A DNA stretch of 64,000 nucleotides from Limisphaerales bacterium (GTDB lineage: Bacteria > Verrucomicrobiota > Verrucomicrobiia > Limisphaerales > UBA11358), in the NCBI GenBank assembly GCA_003161635.1, contig PMOA01000148.1:26144-90143 (forward strand). Direction: 5' to 3'. Every line of letters starts with the position of its first letter. Positions within the stretch are counted from its first letter, which is position 1. Positions 22,644 to 31,693 of this stretch are shown here, in pieces. A model generated the notes under the pieces. That model saw nothing but the letters and a program-made list of their open reading frames with translations, was not told where the DNA came from and made no database searches. Both the position numbers and the translations under genes were made by a program.

Positions 22644-23561
22644 ATGTTCGCCGCGCTGCTCACCACCCTGTTGTTTTCCATCTCCGCCATTTGCGGCCAT
22701 CGCACCTCGACGCGGCTGGGCGGCGTGGAGGCGAATTTCTGGCGCATCTGCGGCGCGACGTTTTTTCTGGCGATTTGGGCGAATACGCTGGGCACGGGCA
22801 CGAGCGGCGCGGCGTTCCACATTTTTGTCCTGAGCGGACTGGCCGGCATCGGCCTCGGCGACACCGCGTATTTTCAAGCGTTGCCGCGGCTTGGCAGCCG
22901 CCGGACCGTCCTGCTTACGCAATGCCTCATCGCGCCGTTCGCCGCCCTGACCGAATGGCTCTGGCTCGGCACCCGGCTGAACCTCGCGGAAATTTTTTGC
23001 GTGGTCGTGATTCTCAGCGGGGTGGTTGTCGCGCTCGCGCCGGGCGATCATTTGAAAATCGCCCCGCGCCGGTTGTGGATTGGCATTCTGGCCAGCACCA
23101 TTGCCGCGCTCGGCGGCGCGTTCGGCGCGGTGTTGAGCCGCAAAGCCTACTTCGTCGCGCACGCGGCCGGCGAACATCCCGACCCCGGCACGACCGGCTA
23201 CCAGCGCGTCATCGGCGGCGCCGTCGCGCTCGGTTTGATTTTTTTGATTGTAAAATGGCGGCACACCCGACGGCGCGGCGACGATGCGCAAATGAAAGAT
23301 TCATTTTCTCCGCGCGAAAAATTACGGCTCTGGCCGTGGGTTCTGGTCAACAGCGTGGCCGGGCAGACGGTCGGCGTGAGTTGCATGCAATGGGCGCTCG
23401 AAAACACGCCCACCGGCATCGTCACAGCCATCATCGCCATGACCCCCATCGTCATGCTGCCGCTGGCGCGCATTTTTGAGGATGAAAAAATCACCGCGCG
23501 GTCGCTCACCGGCGGCCTCATCGCCGTCGCGGGCGTGTTGGGCCTGACATTTTGGCGGTGA
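22644..23561 (+). CDS. DMT/EamA-family transporter
   Basis: About ten hydrophobic segments with a two-fold EamA-like layout. Confidence 0.8.
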   Translation: MFAALLTTLLFSISAICGHRTSTRLGGVEANFWRICGATFFLAIWANTLGTGTSGAAFHIFVLSGLAGIGLGDTAYFQALPRLGSRRTVLLTQCLIAPFAALTEWLWLGTRLNLAEIFCVVVILSGVVVALAPGDHLKIAPRRLWIGILASTIAALGGAFGAVLSRKAYFVAHAAGEHPDPGTTGYQRVIGGAVALGLIFLIVKWRHTRRRGDDAQMKDSFSPREKLRLWPWVLVNSVAGQTVGVSCMQWALENTPTGIVTAIIAMTPIVMLPLARIFEDEKITARSLTGGLIAVAGVLGLTFWR

Positions 23562-23583
23562 GCCATTATCTTCCTTTTTGTTG

Positions 23584-23639
23584 TCGTCCTCGTCCTCGAA
23601 AAATAACCGATCGGGGACGAAGAACGAGGACGAGGACGA
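23584..23639. repeat. Hairpin repeat (tcgtcctcgtcctcg / cgaggacgaggacga), possible terminator of the EamA gene
   Basis: 15-bp perfect arms with a 26-nt loop, between 23561 and ATG 23645. Confidence 0.55.
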
Positions 23640-23644
23640 ATTTT

Positions 23645-24007
23645 ATGAAAACAGAGTTGCAGACCGCCGTTGAAACGCTCGGCATCGAAAAATTCCGGCG
23701 CCACATTTTTCTTTGTGCCGACCAGGCCAAGCCTAAATGTTGCACGAAGGAGCACGGACTGGCCGCCTGGGAATTTTTGAAACGGCGGCTCAAGGAACTG
23801 AATCTCGCCGGCCCGGAGCCGCTGGTTTATCGCACCAAGGCCAACTGCCTGCGCGTCTGCGTGCGCGGGCCAATCGCAGTCGTTTATCCCGAAGGCGTCT
23901 GGTATCACTCCTGCGCGCCAGAAGTGCTGGAACGCATCATCCAGGAGCACCTGATCGGCGGGAAAATTGTCGGGGAGTTTGCCTTTGCGCATAATCCGCT
24001 GCCGTGA
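23645..24007 (+). CDS. Thioredoxin-like [2Fe-2S] ferredoxin family protein
   Basis: [15 protein letters not shown]...[22 protein letters not shown]. Confidence 0.7.
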   Translation: MKTELQTAVETLGIEKFRRHIFLCADQAKPKCCTKEHGLAAWEFLKRRLKELNLAGPEPLVYRTKANCLRVCVRGPIAVVYPEGVWYHSCAPEVLERIIQEHLIGGKIVGEFAFAHNPLP

Positions 24008-24133
24008 ATCCAACGGGTCCGGTTAACATAAATTCCCAATCTTTATTGCCATAATTCAGGCTGCACCACCCCCCATTTTCCGCTCGACTTTCGTTTATTT
24101 AACGCGCAGAATTACCTTGGTTTCGGAGGAAAC

Positions 24134-24748
24134 ATGGCCAGATTGCTCATCAAGACCGGGGGTTTGGAAAACCAGATGTTAGAACTGCGTTTCGGCATCA
24201 ATCGCGTCGGGCGCGACCCTGACTGTGATTTCCCCATTGATCATCCCACCGTGTCCTCAAACCACTGCGAACTGGTGTTGTCGAGCGAAGGTGTGATGCT
24301 CCGCGATTGCGACTCGACCAACGGCACGTTCGTCAACGGCGATCCGGTCAAGGAAGCGTGGCTGCTTCCCGGCCAGACGGTGAGTTTGGGCGACGTGGAA
24401 TTATTCGTCGAATCCACCGAGGTCAACGTTGCGATCCCCAAGTATGAGCACGAGCGTCCCAAACCGCCGGTGGTGCTTGAAGGTGGCGTGTTGCTCTGCC
24501 CGCGTCATCCGCAGGTGCCGGTCACCTACAAATGCACCCACTGCAACGAGGTGATGTGCAACGGTTGCGTGCATGTGATACAACGCAAAGGCGGCCTGGC
24601 GCTGTTCCTCTGCACGCTTTGCAGCCACAAGTGCGAACCCGTTGAAGTCGTGAAACCGGTGAAGAAAAAAACGTTGATTGGCTTTTTGCGGGACACCGTC
24701 AAACTCCGGTTCCGGAACCCGGCCGGGCGCGAAAAATCGGGAAGATAA
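24134..24748 (+). CDS. FHA-domain protein with a C-terminal Cys/His zinc-ribbon region
   Basis: FGINRVGRDPDCDFPIDHPTVSSNHCELV...STNGTFVNG, then CPRHP...CTHCNEVMCNGCVH...CTLCSHKC. Confidence 0.8.
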   Translation: MARLLIKTGGLENQMLELRFGINRVGRDPDCDFPIDHPTVSSNHCELVLSSEGVMLRDCDSTNGTFVNGDPVKEAWLLPGQTVSLGDVELFVESTEVNVAIPKYEHERPKPPVVLEGGVLLCPRHPQVPVTYKCTHCNEVMCNGCVHVIQRKGGLALFLCTLCSHKCEPVEVVKPVKKKTLIGFLRDTVKLRFRNPAGREKSGR

Positions 24749-24758
24749 ATGTACGGCT

Positions 24759-25784
24759 TTAGGACGGCGGTTGGTTTTTCAAAAAACGCCGGACCATTTT
24801 CTCCAGCGCCGCAATCCAGAGCGGATGTTCGTTGAGACACGGAATTTGCGCGCACTCCTTTCCGCCTGCCTCTAAAAATATTCTCCGCCCCCGAATGCCG
24901 ATTTCTTCCAGCGTCTCCAGACAATCCGAGACAAACGCCGGGCAGATGACCAGAAGCTTTTTGACTCCGCGCCTTGGCAACTCCACCAGTTCAAAATCCG
25001 TGTAAGGCTTCAGCCACGGGTCGCGGCCGAGCCGGGATTGGAACGAAATTGAATACCGGTTCACGGGGACGCCCGCTTTCGCAACAAATGCCGCCACCGT
25101 TTTAAAACATTGCGCGCGATAACACGTCGCGTGCGCCAGGCTGCCGGTTTCGCAACAATTCGACACGGTCAAACAATGGCCTCCGGTCGGGTCGGATTTG
25201 CGCAGATGCCGTTCCGGAATGCCGTGAAAACTGAACAGCAAATGGTCGTAGCCCGCCTCCAGATGATTTGCCGCGCTCGCCGCCAGGGCCGCGATGTAAT
25301 CCGGCGCGCCGCCGTAGGGCGGTTGGACTTCGACCCGCATTTGCGGCGCGAGTTTTGCCACGACTTCCTTCACCCGCTCCACCGCCGTTTCGTAGCTCGA
25401 CATCGCGTAGTGCGGGAACAGTGGAATGAGAAATAATTCGTCCACGCCGCGGTCGCGCAATTTCCGAATCGCATCTGGAATGGACGGATTTTGATAACGC
25501 ATCGCCAGTTCAACCGGCGCGGTGACACACTTTTGCAGTTCGGTCTGCACCCGTTTGCTCGTGACGATGAGTGGCGAACCTTCCGGCAGCCAGATTTTTT
25601 TGTAAGCCTCGGCGGCTTGTTTCGGACGGTTGATGAGAATCATCCCCACGATGAACCGGCGCAGCAGCCAGGGCGTGTCAATCACCCGCCCGTCCATCAG
25701 AAATTCATTCAAATAACGCCGCACGTCGCCGACGGAGGTCGAGTCCGGCGAACCCAGATTGACCAGCAAAACGCCTTTGTTCAT
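24759..25784 (-). CDS. hemH: Ferrochelatase
   Basis: GVLLVNLGSPDSTSVGDVRRYLNEFLMD, FSFHGIPERH, FQSRLG. Confidence 0.93.
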   Translation of the reverse strand: MNKGVLLVNLGSPDSTSVGDVRRYLNEFLMDGRVIDTPWLLRRFIVGMILINRPKQAAEAYKKIWLPEGSPLIVTSKRVQTELQKCVTAPVELAMRYQNPSIPDAIRKLRDRGVDELFLIPLFPHYAMSSYETAVERVKEVVAKLAPQMRVEVQPPYGGAPDYIAALAASAANHLEAGYDHLLFSFHGIPERHLRKSDPTGGHCLTVSNCCETGSLAHATCYRAQCFKTVAAFVAKAGVPVNRYSISFQSRLGRDPWLKPYTDFELVELPRRGVKKLLVICPAFVSDCLETLEEIGIRGRRIFLEAGGKECAQIPCLNEHPLWIAALEKMVRRFLKNQPPS

Positions 25785-27289
25785 TTGGCAGTCAGGGATT
25801 TTTCCACGCGTTCCACGATATTCACGCCCGACACAATCGTGTCGCCCAGCGAAACGCCGTCGCGATAGTGGCCGGCAAAGAAAAGGCCCGCGACCTTGTT
25901 TTCGATTTTGTTCATCAATTCGCGGTAACGACCGTAGCCGACGTTGTATTGCGGAATCGCCTTAGGATAAAGCACGCAGTGCTCGAAGGTCGTTTTGCCG
26001 GTCACGCCCAGCAGCACACGCAGGTCTTCACACACCAGCGCGACAAGTTTCTCCGCCGGCAGCAAGGCAAGTTCCGGATAACGCTCGCCGCCGATGTAAC
26101 TTGTCAGCGTCAAATGACCTGTCGGCGCGCGATTGGGGAACAGCGACGACGAGAAAATCGTGCCGAGAATTTTAAAGCCTTCGATTTTGGGAATCAACAT
26201 GCCGAAGCCTTCGCACGGATGCGCCACATCCTCGCGGCGAAATCCCAGCACCACGCTCGCCACCGGCGGATGACGGATTTCGGAAAATGGCGAGAGGTCG
26301 AGCGGCTCAAGTTCTTTATCCTCGGTAGGGCGGTGCTGCTGCGCCGCCCCCATTTCAAGGCTGCGCGGCAGCGCAGCCCTACCACACATCACTTTCAACT
26401 CCGCCAGCCTGAACGCCGTGCCGCAATAAATCACCGCGCTGTGTTCTACTCGCGTTTCCCGGAGGGACGATCTCTGCGAGTCCCCAACTTCACCCGCCGT
26501 GAGTGGGGCTCGTGGAACTCGCCCCTCCGAAAGCGTGAGAGTCCAACCGGCAGCGGTCTGCGTCAGCTTTGTAACTGGGGTGTTTAGCCTCACCGCGTCG
26601 CCAAGTCGCGCCGCCAGCGTATCCGGCAGAACTTGCAAACCTTCATCAAACGAAAATTTTGGCGCATGATCCTTGGCCACTTCACCGCTCCGCTTCCGCG
26701 CACCCGCACCGAAAATCTGGCCTTTGATCAGTGAGCCGTAATTGTCCTCCAGCGCCTTGAGCTTGGGAAAAGCGTGCGTCAAGGAAAGCCGGTGCGGATC
26801 GCCCGCGTAAATTCCGGCCACAAGCGCGTCAATGGCTTGATCGAGAAATTCCTGGTTCAGCCGGCGCACAACGAATTGCGCGATACTTTCCTCGACGCCA
26901 TCGCGGCGGCGCGGCACAAACGGTTCGCGCAACACGGCCAGCTTGGCTTTGGCGGTGAAAAGTTTCGTCGTGAAAAAACCGAGTGGCGAACCCGGCATCG
27001 CCATGGGGCGTTTGTAGCGGACAACATACCGCGCCTCCGCTTTCGGATCGGGATTGAGCCGACGCGTTTCCAGGCCTGCGTCGCGGACGAGTTGGGCGAT
27101 TTTCGGCGATGTTTCGAGAATCGTGTTCGGCCCGAACTCGGCGAGATAACCGTCCTGGCGCAGCGACTGAATCACGCCACCCACGCGCCCGCCCGCTTCA
27201 TAAACCGTGACCGGGATGCCTTTGCGTTTCAGATAAAACGCGGCGGTCAACCCCGTGATGCCGGCCCCGATGATGGCGACGGGTTTCAT
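25781..27289 (-). CDS. hemY: FAD-dependent protoporphyrinogen/coproporphyrinogen III oxidase (HemY/CgoX type) with in-frame repeat insertions
   Basis: MKPVAIIGAGITGLTAAFYLKRKG (dinucleotide fold). C-terminal LFFAGHYRDGVSLGD. 4-nt overlap with hemH. Confidence 0.85.
   Translation of the reverse strand: MKPVAIIGAGITGLTAAFYLKRKGIPVTVYEAGGRVGGVIQSLRQDGYLAEFGPNTILETSPKIAQLVRDAGLETRRLNPDPKAEARYVVRYKRPMAMPGSPLGFFTTKLFTAKAKLAVLREPFVPRRRDGVEESIAQFVVRRLNQEFLDQAIDALVAGIYAGDPHRLSLTHAFPKLKALEDNYGSLIKGQIFGAGARKRSGEVAKDHAPKFSFDEGLQVLPDTLAARLGDAVRLNTPVTKLTQTAAGWTLTLSEGRVPRAPLTAGEVGDSQRSSLRETRVEHSAVIYCGTAFRLAELKVMCGRAALPRSLEMGAAQQHRPTEDKELEPLDLSPFSEIRHPPVASVVLGFRREDVAHPCEGFGMLIPKIEGFKILGTIFSSSLFPNRAPTGHLTLTSYIGGERYPELALLPAEKLVALVCEDLRVLLGVTGKTTFEHCVLYPKAIPQYNVGYGRYRELMNKIENKVAGLFFAGHYRDGVSLGDTIVSGVNIVERVEKSLTAK
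26324..26383. repeat. 60-nt REPIN-like doublet in frame in hemY
   Basis: ggtagggcggtgctgctgcgccgcc (26324-26348) / ggctgcgcggcagcgcagccctacc (26359-26383). Encodes CGRAALPRSLEMGAAQQHRPT. Confidence 0.65.
26461..26533. repeat. REPIN doublet of the 'GGGGCTCGTGGAACTCGCCCCTCC' family in frame in hemY
   Basis: 26505-26533 is an exact 29-mer, also present at 28499-28527 and as the reverse complement at 27867-27895. The degenerate partner arm is at 26461-26485. Encodes SEGRVPRAPLTAGEVGDSQRSSLRE. Confidence 0.8.
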
Positions 27290-27313
27290 TTAAAACCGGA
27301 AATAATGCCTCGT

Positions 27314-27862
27314 TTATTTGCCACTTAACCCTCGTTTCAAGAATCTCCCGTATGCAAAAAGTGCTTTGTCTAAATCTCGATGAGATACATTTTGAAATGT
27401 TTTTGTGAACGGAATATAGTGGTCAAAGTAGATTTGGATTTTCTGTGGGCGAGAGTCGGGTAACTCTGAAAGAGTAAAATTACAGATTTTTGCCATCGCG
27501 CGATAGGTATGCTGATCAAAAATGGGAAAAAGCCTGTGATTGATGCAATGAAGCCAAAAAATGTCCCAGATCGCACCTCCCTGCAAAGATGCTAAATATT
27601 TCTTGCCAGCTTCATGTGACGACAAGCTAGGTAGTTTTTTTAATTGCGAAAGATAGACCGTCCGGATCGATTGCTGCTTTTTCTTGGCGATTTCTTCCGT
27701 GCTGTTTTTCCATTTATATAATGCCCACACACGGTTTTTGTCCAACGACTTTCCTATGTTTTTATCGTAGAGATGTTCCAAATCATAAGAATACTCCTTA
27801 CTCCAGAAAGCAACGAAATCTGCTTTATTGGCCGAGACAAATTGGACGATTTCAAGTTTCAT
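27314..27862 (-). CDS. Hypothetical protein, strongly AT-rich orphan inside the haem operon
   Basis: 182 aa, about 38-40% GC by eye against about 60% in the flanks. No family recognised. Confidence 0.6.
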   Translation of the reverse strand: MKLEIVQFVSANKADFVAFWSKEYSYDLEHLYDKNIGKSLDKNRVWALYKWKNSTEEIAKKKQQSIRTVYLSQLKKLPSLSSHEAGKKYLASLQGGAIWDIFWLHCINHRLFPIFDQHTYRAMAKICNFTLSELPDSRPQKIQIYFDHYIPFTKTFQNVSHRDLDKALFAYGRFLKRGLSGK

Positions 27863-27866
27863 ATTC

Positions 27867-28527
27867 CTTTCGGAGGGGCGAGTTCCACGAGCCCCTGACT
27901 AAAAACAACATTTGGGACTCGTAAAGCTCGCCCCTCCGATTTTTCATTAAGTTGCATCATGCCACGGCAATATATTGAGTTCACCTTGATACGGCCAGTC
28001 TTCCGGCCGTTTCACCAGACCATCCTTGATTGGATTTTCCCAGAGATAAAGCCACTTTTAATGATAGCTTTCGCCGTGGCGTAACTGCCGGTCGAAAAAA
28101 TCGCGTTGCCAAACCGGCTTTTCCGCTGGATACGGCCAGCGGCGGGTTGCCTCGGCACGCCAAAAACGAACCCATTGTTTCAGCGGCGTGACCGGCAATT
28201 TCGCGGGCGCACAGAAAAGATGCAAATGGTCGGGCATGATAACGTAGCGTCCCACCAACCAATGGTCGGCCTTGCGCCAACAATCGAGCAATAGTGCGAC
28301 AATATCAGGCTTGGCCAGCAAAGGGCGGCGTTTGTCTGCACAAACGGTGACATATTGGAGAACGGTCTGATCCGGAAATTCCAACGGAACCAGATGCGGG
28401 AGCGCAAGGCGACCTGGTTCCCGGATTGGTTCTTGCATGAAACCAAATTGAGCCGCATCTGGATTGTCCGGCAAGTTGAAAATGGGGGCTTGAAAATGGG
28501 GGCTCGTGGAACTCGCCCCTCCGAAAG
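27867..28527 (-). mobile_element. REP-flanked RAYT locus: REPIN - Y1 transposase pseudogene - REP
   Basis: REPIN 27867-27938 (cggaggggcgagttccacgagcccc ... gggactcgtaaagctcgcccctccg). RAYT gene 27947-28474. Single REP 28499-28527. Confidence 0.7.
27947..28474 (-). pseudogene. REP-associated tyrosine transposase (IS200/Y1 HUH family) with an in-frame TAA
   Basis: HUH motif YVIMPDHLHLF. After ...RQLRHGESYH the frame hits TAA (28058-28060), then continues in the same frame as KWLYLWENPIKDGLVKRPEDWPYQGELNILPWHDAT* (stop 27947-27949). Confidence 0.75.
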
Positions 28528-28528
28528 G

Positions 28529-29908
28529 TCAAATCGTTCGCGAATGTTTCCGTTCGCCCATCGGCGCGAGGGTGTTGTCGAAACACATCGCGATGTTGCG
28601 GATGAACAGGCGGCCGGTGTCGGTGACTTCCAGCCCGGTCGGGGAACGGCGCACCAGGCCGTCGGCTTCAAACGGCGCGAGCGACGCGAGTTCCGGCGCA
28701 AAGTGTTCCGCGAAGTTGATGCCGAGCTTGGCGCTCATGGCGGCGTAATCAAGCGACAGATCGCACATCACGCGCATGATGGTCTCCCGCCGGATTTTGT
28801 CCTCGTCGGTCAGGAAATACGCGCGCTGTAGCGGCACTTTGCCCGCATCCACGGCTTCCTGGTATTTCGGGAGTTCCTTCTCGTTCTGCCAGTAGGCTTC
28901 GGGAATCTGCGAGATGCTGGACATGCCGAACGCGTAGATGTCCGAACCGGCGCGCGTGCTGTAGCCCTGGAAATTGCGCTGGAGCTGCTTGTTGCGCTGC
29001 GCCACGGCCAGTTCGTCGTTGGGCCGCGCGAAATGATCCATGCCGATATAGACGTATTGGTTGTTGGCGGTGAGTTTCTCAATGACCAGCTTGAGCACCT
29101 GCAACTTGGTCCCGGCGGCGGGGAGATGCTGTTGCTGCTCCAGGATTTTTTGGGCGGGCTTGACCCACGGCACGTGCGCGTAACTGAAAACCGCCAGCCG
29201 GTCCGGCTTCATTTCCAGCACGATATCGAGCGTCTCGTTGAACGACTCCGGCGTCTGGTGCGGCAGGCCGTAGATGAGGTCGAGGTTGATCGAGCCGTAA
29301 CCCAACTCGCGCATCCAATCCATCGCCTGTTGCGTCATCGCGCGCGGCTGGATGCGGTGGACCGCTTCCTGCACCCTGGGGTTGAAATCCTGCACGCCCA
29401 TCGATGCGCGGTTGAAACCGATCTCGCGCAGCGCAACCATGTGATCGCGCGTGAGCCGGCGCGGGTCCACTTCCACGCTGGCTTCGATGTCCGGCGAAAA
29501 CGTGAAGTGTTGGTGGATGATTTCGCCAAGGCGGCGGATTTCATCGGGCTGTAAAAAAGTCGGCGAACCGCCGCCAAAGTGGAGTTGCCCGGCTTTGCGC
29601 TGCGGATTCAACCGCGGCGCCATCTCCGCCACCTCGCGGCCAAGGTAATCCACATAGTCCCTGCCCTTGTCGTGATTGAGCGTGATGACGGTGGTGCAGC
29701 CGCAAAACCAGCAGAGCGTCTCGCAGAATGGAATGTGAAAATAGAGCGAAAGGCCGCGCCCGGTCCGGTTGTTTTCCGAAATTTTTTCGGCCAACTGCGG
29801 CCACGTTATCGCGTCGGTGAATTTCGTGGCGGGCGGGTAGGAGGTGTAACGCGGCCCGGCCACGTTGTATTTTTCCACCAAAGCCAAATCCACTTTGAGC
29901 GTCTTCAT
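28529..29908 (-). CDS. hemN: Oxygen-independent coproporphyrinogen III oxidase (radical SAM)
   Basis: Start MKTLKVDLALVEKYNVAGPRYTSYPPA. LYFHIPFCETLCWFCGC (CxxxCxxC). The track ORF extension to 30112 overlaps hemE. Confidence 0.93.
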   Translation of the reverse strand: MKTLKVDLALVEKYNVAGPRYTSYPPATKFTDAITWPQLAEKISENNRTGRGLSLYFHIPFCETLCWFCGCTTVITLNHDKGRDYVDYLGREVAEMAPRLNPQRKAGQLHFGGGSPTFLQPDEIRRLGEIIHQHFTFSPDIEASVEVDPRRLTRDHMVALREIGFNRASMGVQDFNPRVQEAVHRIQPRAMTQQAMDWMRELGYGSINLDLIYGLPHQTPESFNETLDIVLEMKPDRLAVFSYAHVPWVKPAQKILEQQQHLPAAGTKLQVLKLVIEKLTANNQYVYIGMDHFARPNDELAVAQRNKQLQRNFQGYSTRAGSDIYAFGMSSISQIPEAYWQNEKELPKYQEAVDAGKVPLQRAYFLTDEDKIRRETIMRVMCDLSLDYAAMSAKLGINFAEHFAPELASLAPFEADGLVRRSPTGLEVTDTGRLFIRNIAMCFDNTLAPMGERKHSRTI

Positions 29909-29933
29909 CACGATAAAAATGTAGCCGTCCCGT

Positions 29934-31076
29934 TCATTTGAACTTTTGCACCGTCTCGACCAAGGCGGCGATGTTTTCCAATTTTGCATTGGGCGGCACG
30001 CCGTGACCAAGGTTGAAAATATGACCTTTGCGACCGCGCATGGCCTCGAGAACGGCCCGCGTTTCCTGTGCGACAACTTCCGGCGTGGCGTCGCTGAGCA
30101 GCGCGGGCGCAAGGTTGCCTTGAAGAGCGATGTCAGCGTGCAAAAGCCGGCGCGCGTGAGCCAGCGGAAATTGCCAGTCTATGCCCAGCACGCTTGCCCC
30201 GGTCGTCAGGAGATCATCCCAATTCCCGTGCGTGCCGAGGGAAAAAACAATGACGGGCGGAGCGCCGATCTCTGAATCGGCGCACTTCGCGTTTGTCCGT
30301 GTTCGCGCCGAATCGGAGTTCGGCGCTCCGAGACTGCCAATGATGTCCCGCATCCAACGCCCGGAAGCCTCCTGAAATTCCGTCGGCGCGAGCTGGCCGC
30401 CGTGACTGTCGAAAATCTGGAGCGCGTCCACGCCGGCGTTGATTTGCATTTGCAGATAAGCGGTGATGGCGGCGGTGAGTTTCCCGGCGAGCGCATAAAA
30501 AGTTTTCCGGTCTTCCCGAAAGAGGCTCAAGGCGCGGATGTATTTCCCGGCGCTGCCGCCTTCCATCATAAACGTGGCCAGCGTCCACGGCGAACCCGAG
30601 AAGCCGATGAGCGCGGTCTGGTCGCCGAGTTCCTTCCGAAGCAGGCGCAACGCCTTGTCCACGTAGCTGAGGCGTTCGGTCACGCGCTCGACGGAAAGGC
30701 GCTCGATATCGGCCCGTGTGCGCACGGCAAAGTCCATGACCACGCCGCCGGTTTCGCGGAAACGGTAAGGCTGACCCATCGCCTCGGGAATGACGAGGAT
30801 GTCGCTGAACAGGATCGCCGCATCGAATCCGAATCGCCGAACCGGCTGGAGCGTGACTTCGGCGGCAAGCCCGGGCGTTTGAATCAATTCCAAAAAAGAA
30901 TGCTTCTCCTTCAGTTCGCGATACTCCGGCAAGGCGCGCCCGGCCTGCCGCATCAGCCAGACGGGCGGGCGATCCGTTGCGCGGCAGTGGCAGGCATCGA
31001 GAAACCGCCGGCGATTCGTCGGGTTGCCCGAGACGGCGGGCGCGTTGGCGTTGGCGTTGGTTGCAATGGCGGCCAT
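29934..31076 (-). CDS. hemE: Uroporphyrinogen decarboxylase
   Basis: PPVWLMRQAGRALPEYRE, FDAAILFSDILV, NLGHGV. Confidence 0.93.
   Translation of the reverse strand: MAAIATNANANAPAVSGNPTNRRRFLDACHCRATDRPPVWLMRQAGRALPEYRELKEKHSFLELIQTPGLAAEVTLQPVRRFGFDAAILFSDILVIPEAMGQPYRFRETGGVVMDFAVRTRADIERLSVERVTERLSYVDKALRLLRKELGDQTALIGFSGSPWTLATFMMEGGSAGKYIRALSLFREDRKTFYALAGKLTAAITAYLQMQINAGVDALQIFDSHGGQLAPTEFQEASGRWMRDIIGSLGAPNSDSARTRTNAKCADSEIGAPPVIVFSLGTHGNWDDLLTTGASVLGIDWQFPLAHARRLLHADIALQGNLAPALLSDATPEVVAQETRAVLEAMRGRKGHIFNLGHGVPPNAKLENIAALVETVQKFK
30259..30329. repeat. Palindromic element in frame in hemE
   Basis: ggagcgccgatctctgaatcggcgc (30259-30283) / gcgccgaatcggagttcggcgctcc (30305-30329). 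Encodes GAPNSDSARTRTNAKCADSEIGAP. Confidence 0.7.
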
Positions 31077-31201
31077 GTGTTTTGAGCAGTATTACGGCTG
31101 CATTGCTATTAGCATACCCAGTCGGTTTTGAACAGCGAGTTGCGCTTTCAATTTTTTGAGCAACTTTGTCCGGACACCGGTTTTTAATCAAAAGCGAGAC
31201 C

Positions 31202-31693
31202 ATGAAAGCCAACGAACTCCATTCCAAACTCCGCGAATCCAGCTGGCGGCGGAAGCTCACTGAAACCGAACAAGCCGAATTGCGCGCTTATCTCGCCGCA
31301 AATTCCGACGCACGCGCCGATTGGGAAATGGAATCAGCCTTAAACGCCGCGCTCACCCGGTTGCCGGACGCACCCGTGCCGTCGAATTTCACCGCGCGCG
31401 TGCTTCAGGCGGTCGAACTCGAAGAGGCCCGACCGCACGGCTGGAGCTGGCGTTGGAACTGGCATACGCTTGTGCCGCGCGTCGCATTCGCGGCGGTGGT
31501 GATTACCTTCACCGGTTTGGCCCTCCATCACCATGAAATTTACAGCCAGCGCGCCGCGCTGGCCAGGAGCGTTGCGTTCGTGACCAGGGGACAACCGGTG
31601 CCCAGCCCGGAAGCGCTGGAAAATTTTGACGCCATCCGCCGCATGAGCCAGCCACAGCACGCGGACGACGAATTGCTGGCATTAATGCAATGA
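31202..31693 (+). CDS. Hypothetical single-pass membrane protein (anti-sigma-like layout)
   Basis: MKANELHSKLRESSWRRKLTETEQAELRAYL..., with one TM segment (VAFAAVVITFTGLALH). Confidence 0.5.
   Translation: MKANELHSKLRESSWRRKLTETEQAELRAYLAANSDARADWEMESALNAALTRLPDAPVPSNFTARVLQAVELEEARPHGWSWRWNWHTLVPRVAFAAVVITFTGLALHHHEIYSQRAALARSVAFVTRGQPVPSPEALENFDAIRRMSQPQHADDELLALMQ

Noticed and set aside
22188-23291. 367-aa minus-strand ORF
   Set aside because: Arg/Ala/Gly-rich low-complexity translation, antisense to the EamA transporter and the 108-aa ORF. Typical high-GC artefact.
11797-28060. Three in-frame stop codons (TAA 11797, TAG 12653, TAA 28058) as evidence for stop-codon reassignment
   Set aside because: They occur only in genes that also show truncation or frameshifts, or that are mobile-element derived. 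All housekeeping genes terminate normally on TAA/TAG/TGA.
28529-30112. Long N-terminal extensions of hemN (to 30112), leuS (to 6523), nadC (to 22018), coaX (to 19871), miaA (from 33352) and others in the ORF track
   Set aside because: The extensions overlap upstream genes or are translations of repeats. Conserved N-termini begin at internal Met codons (given in the features).
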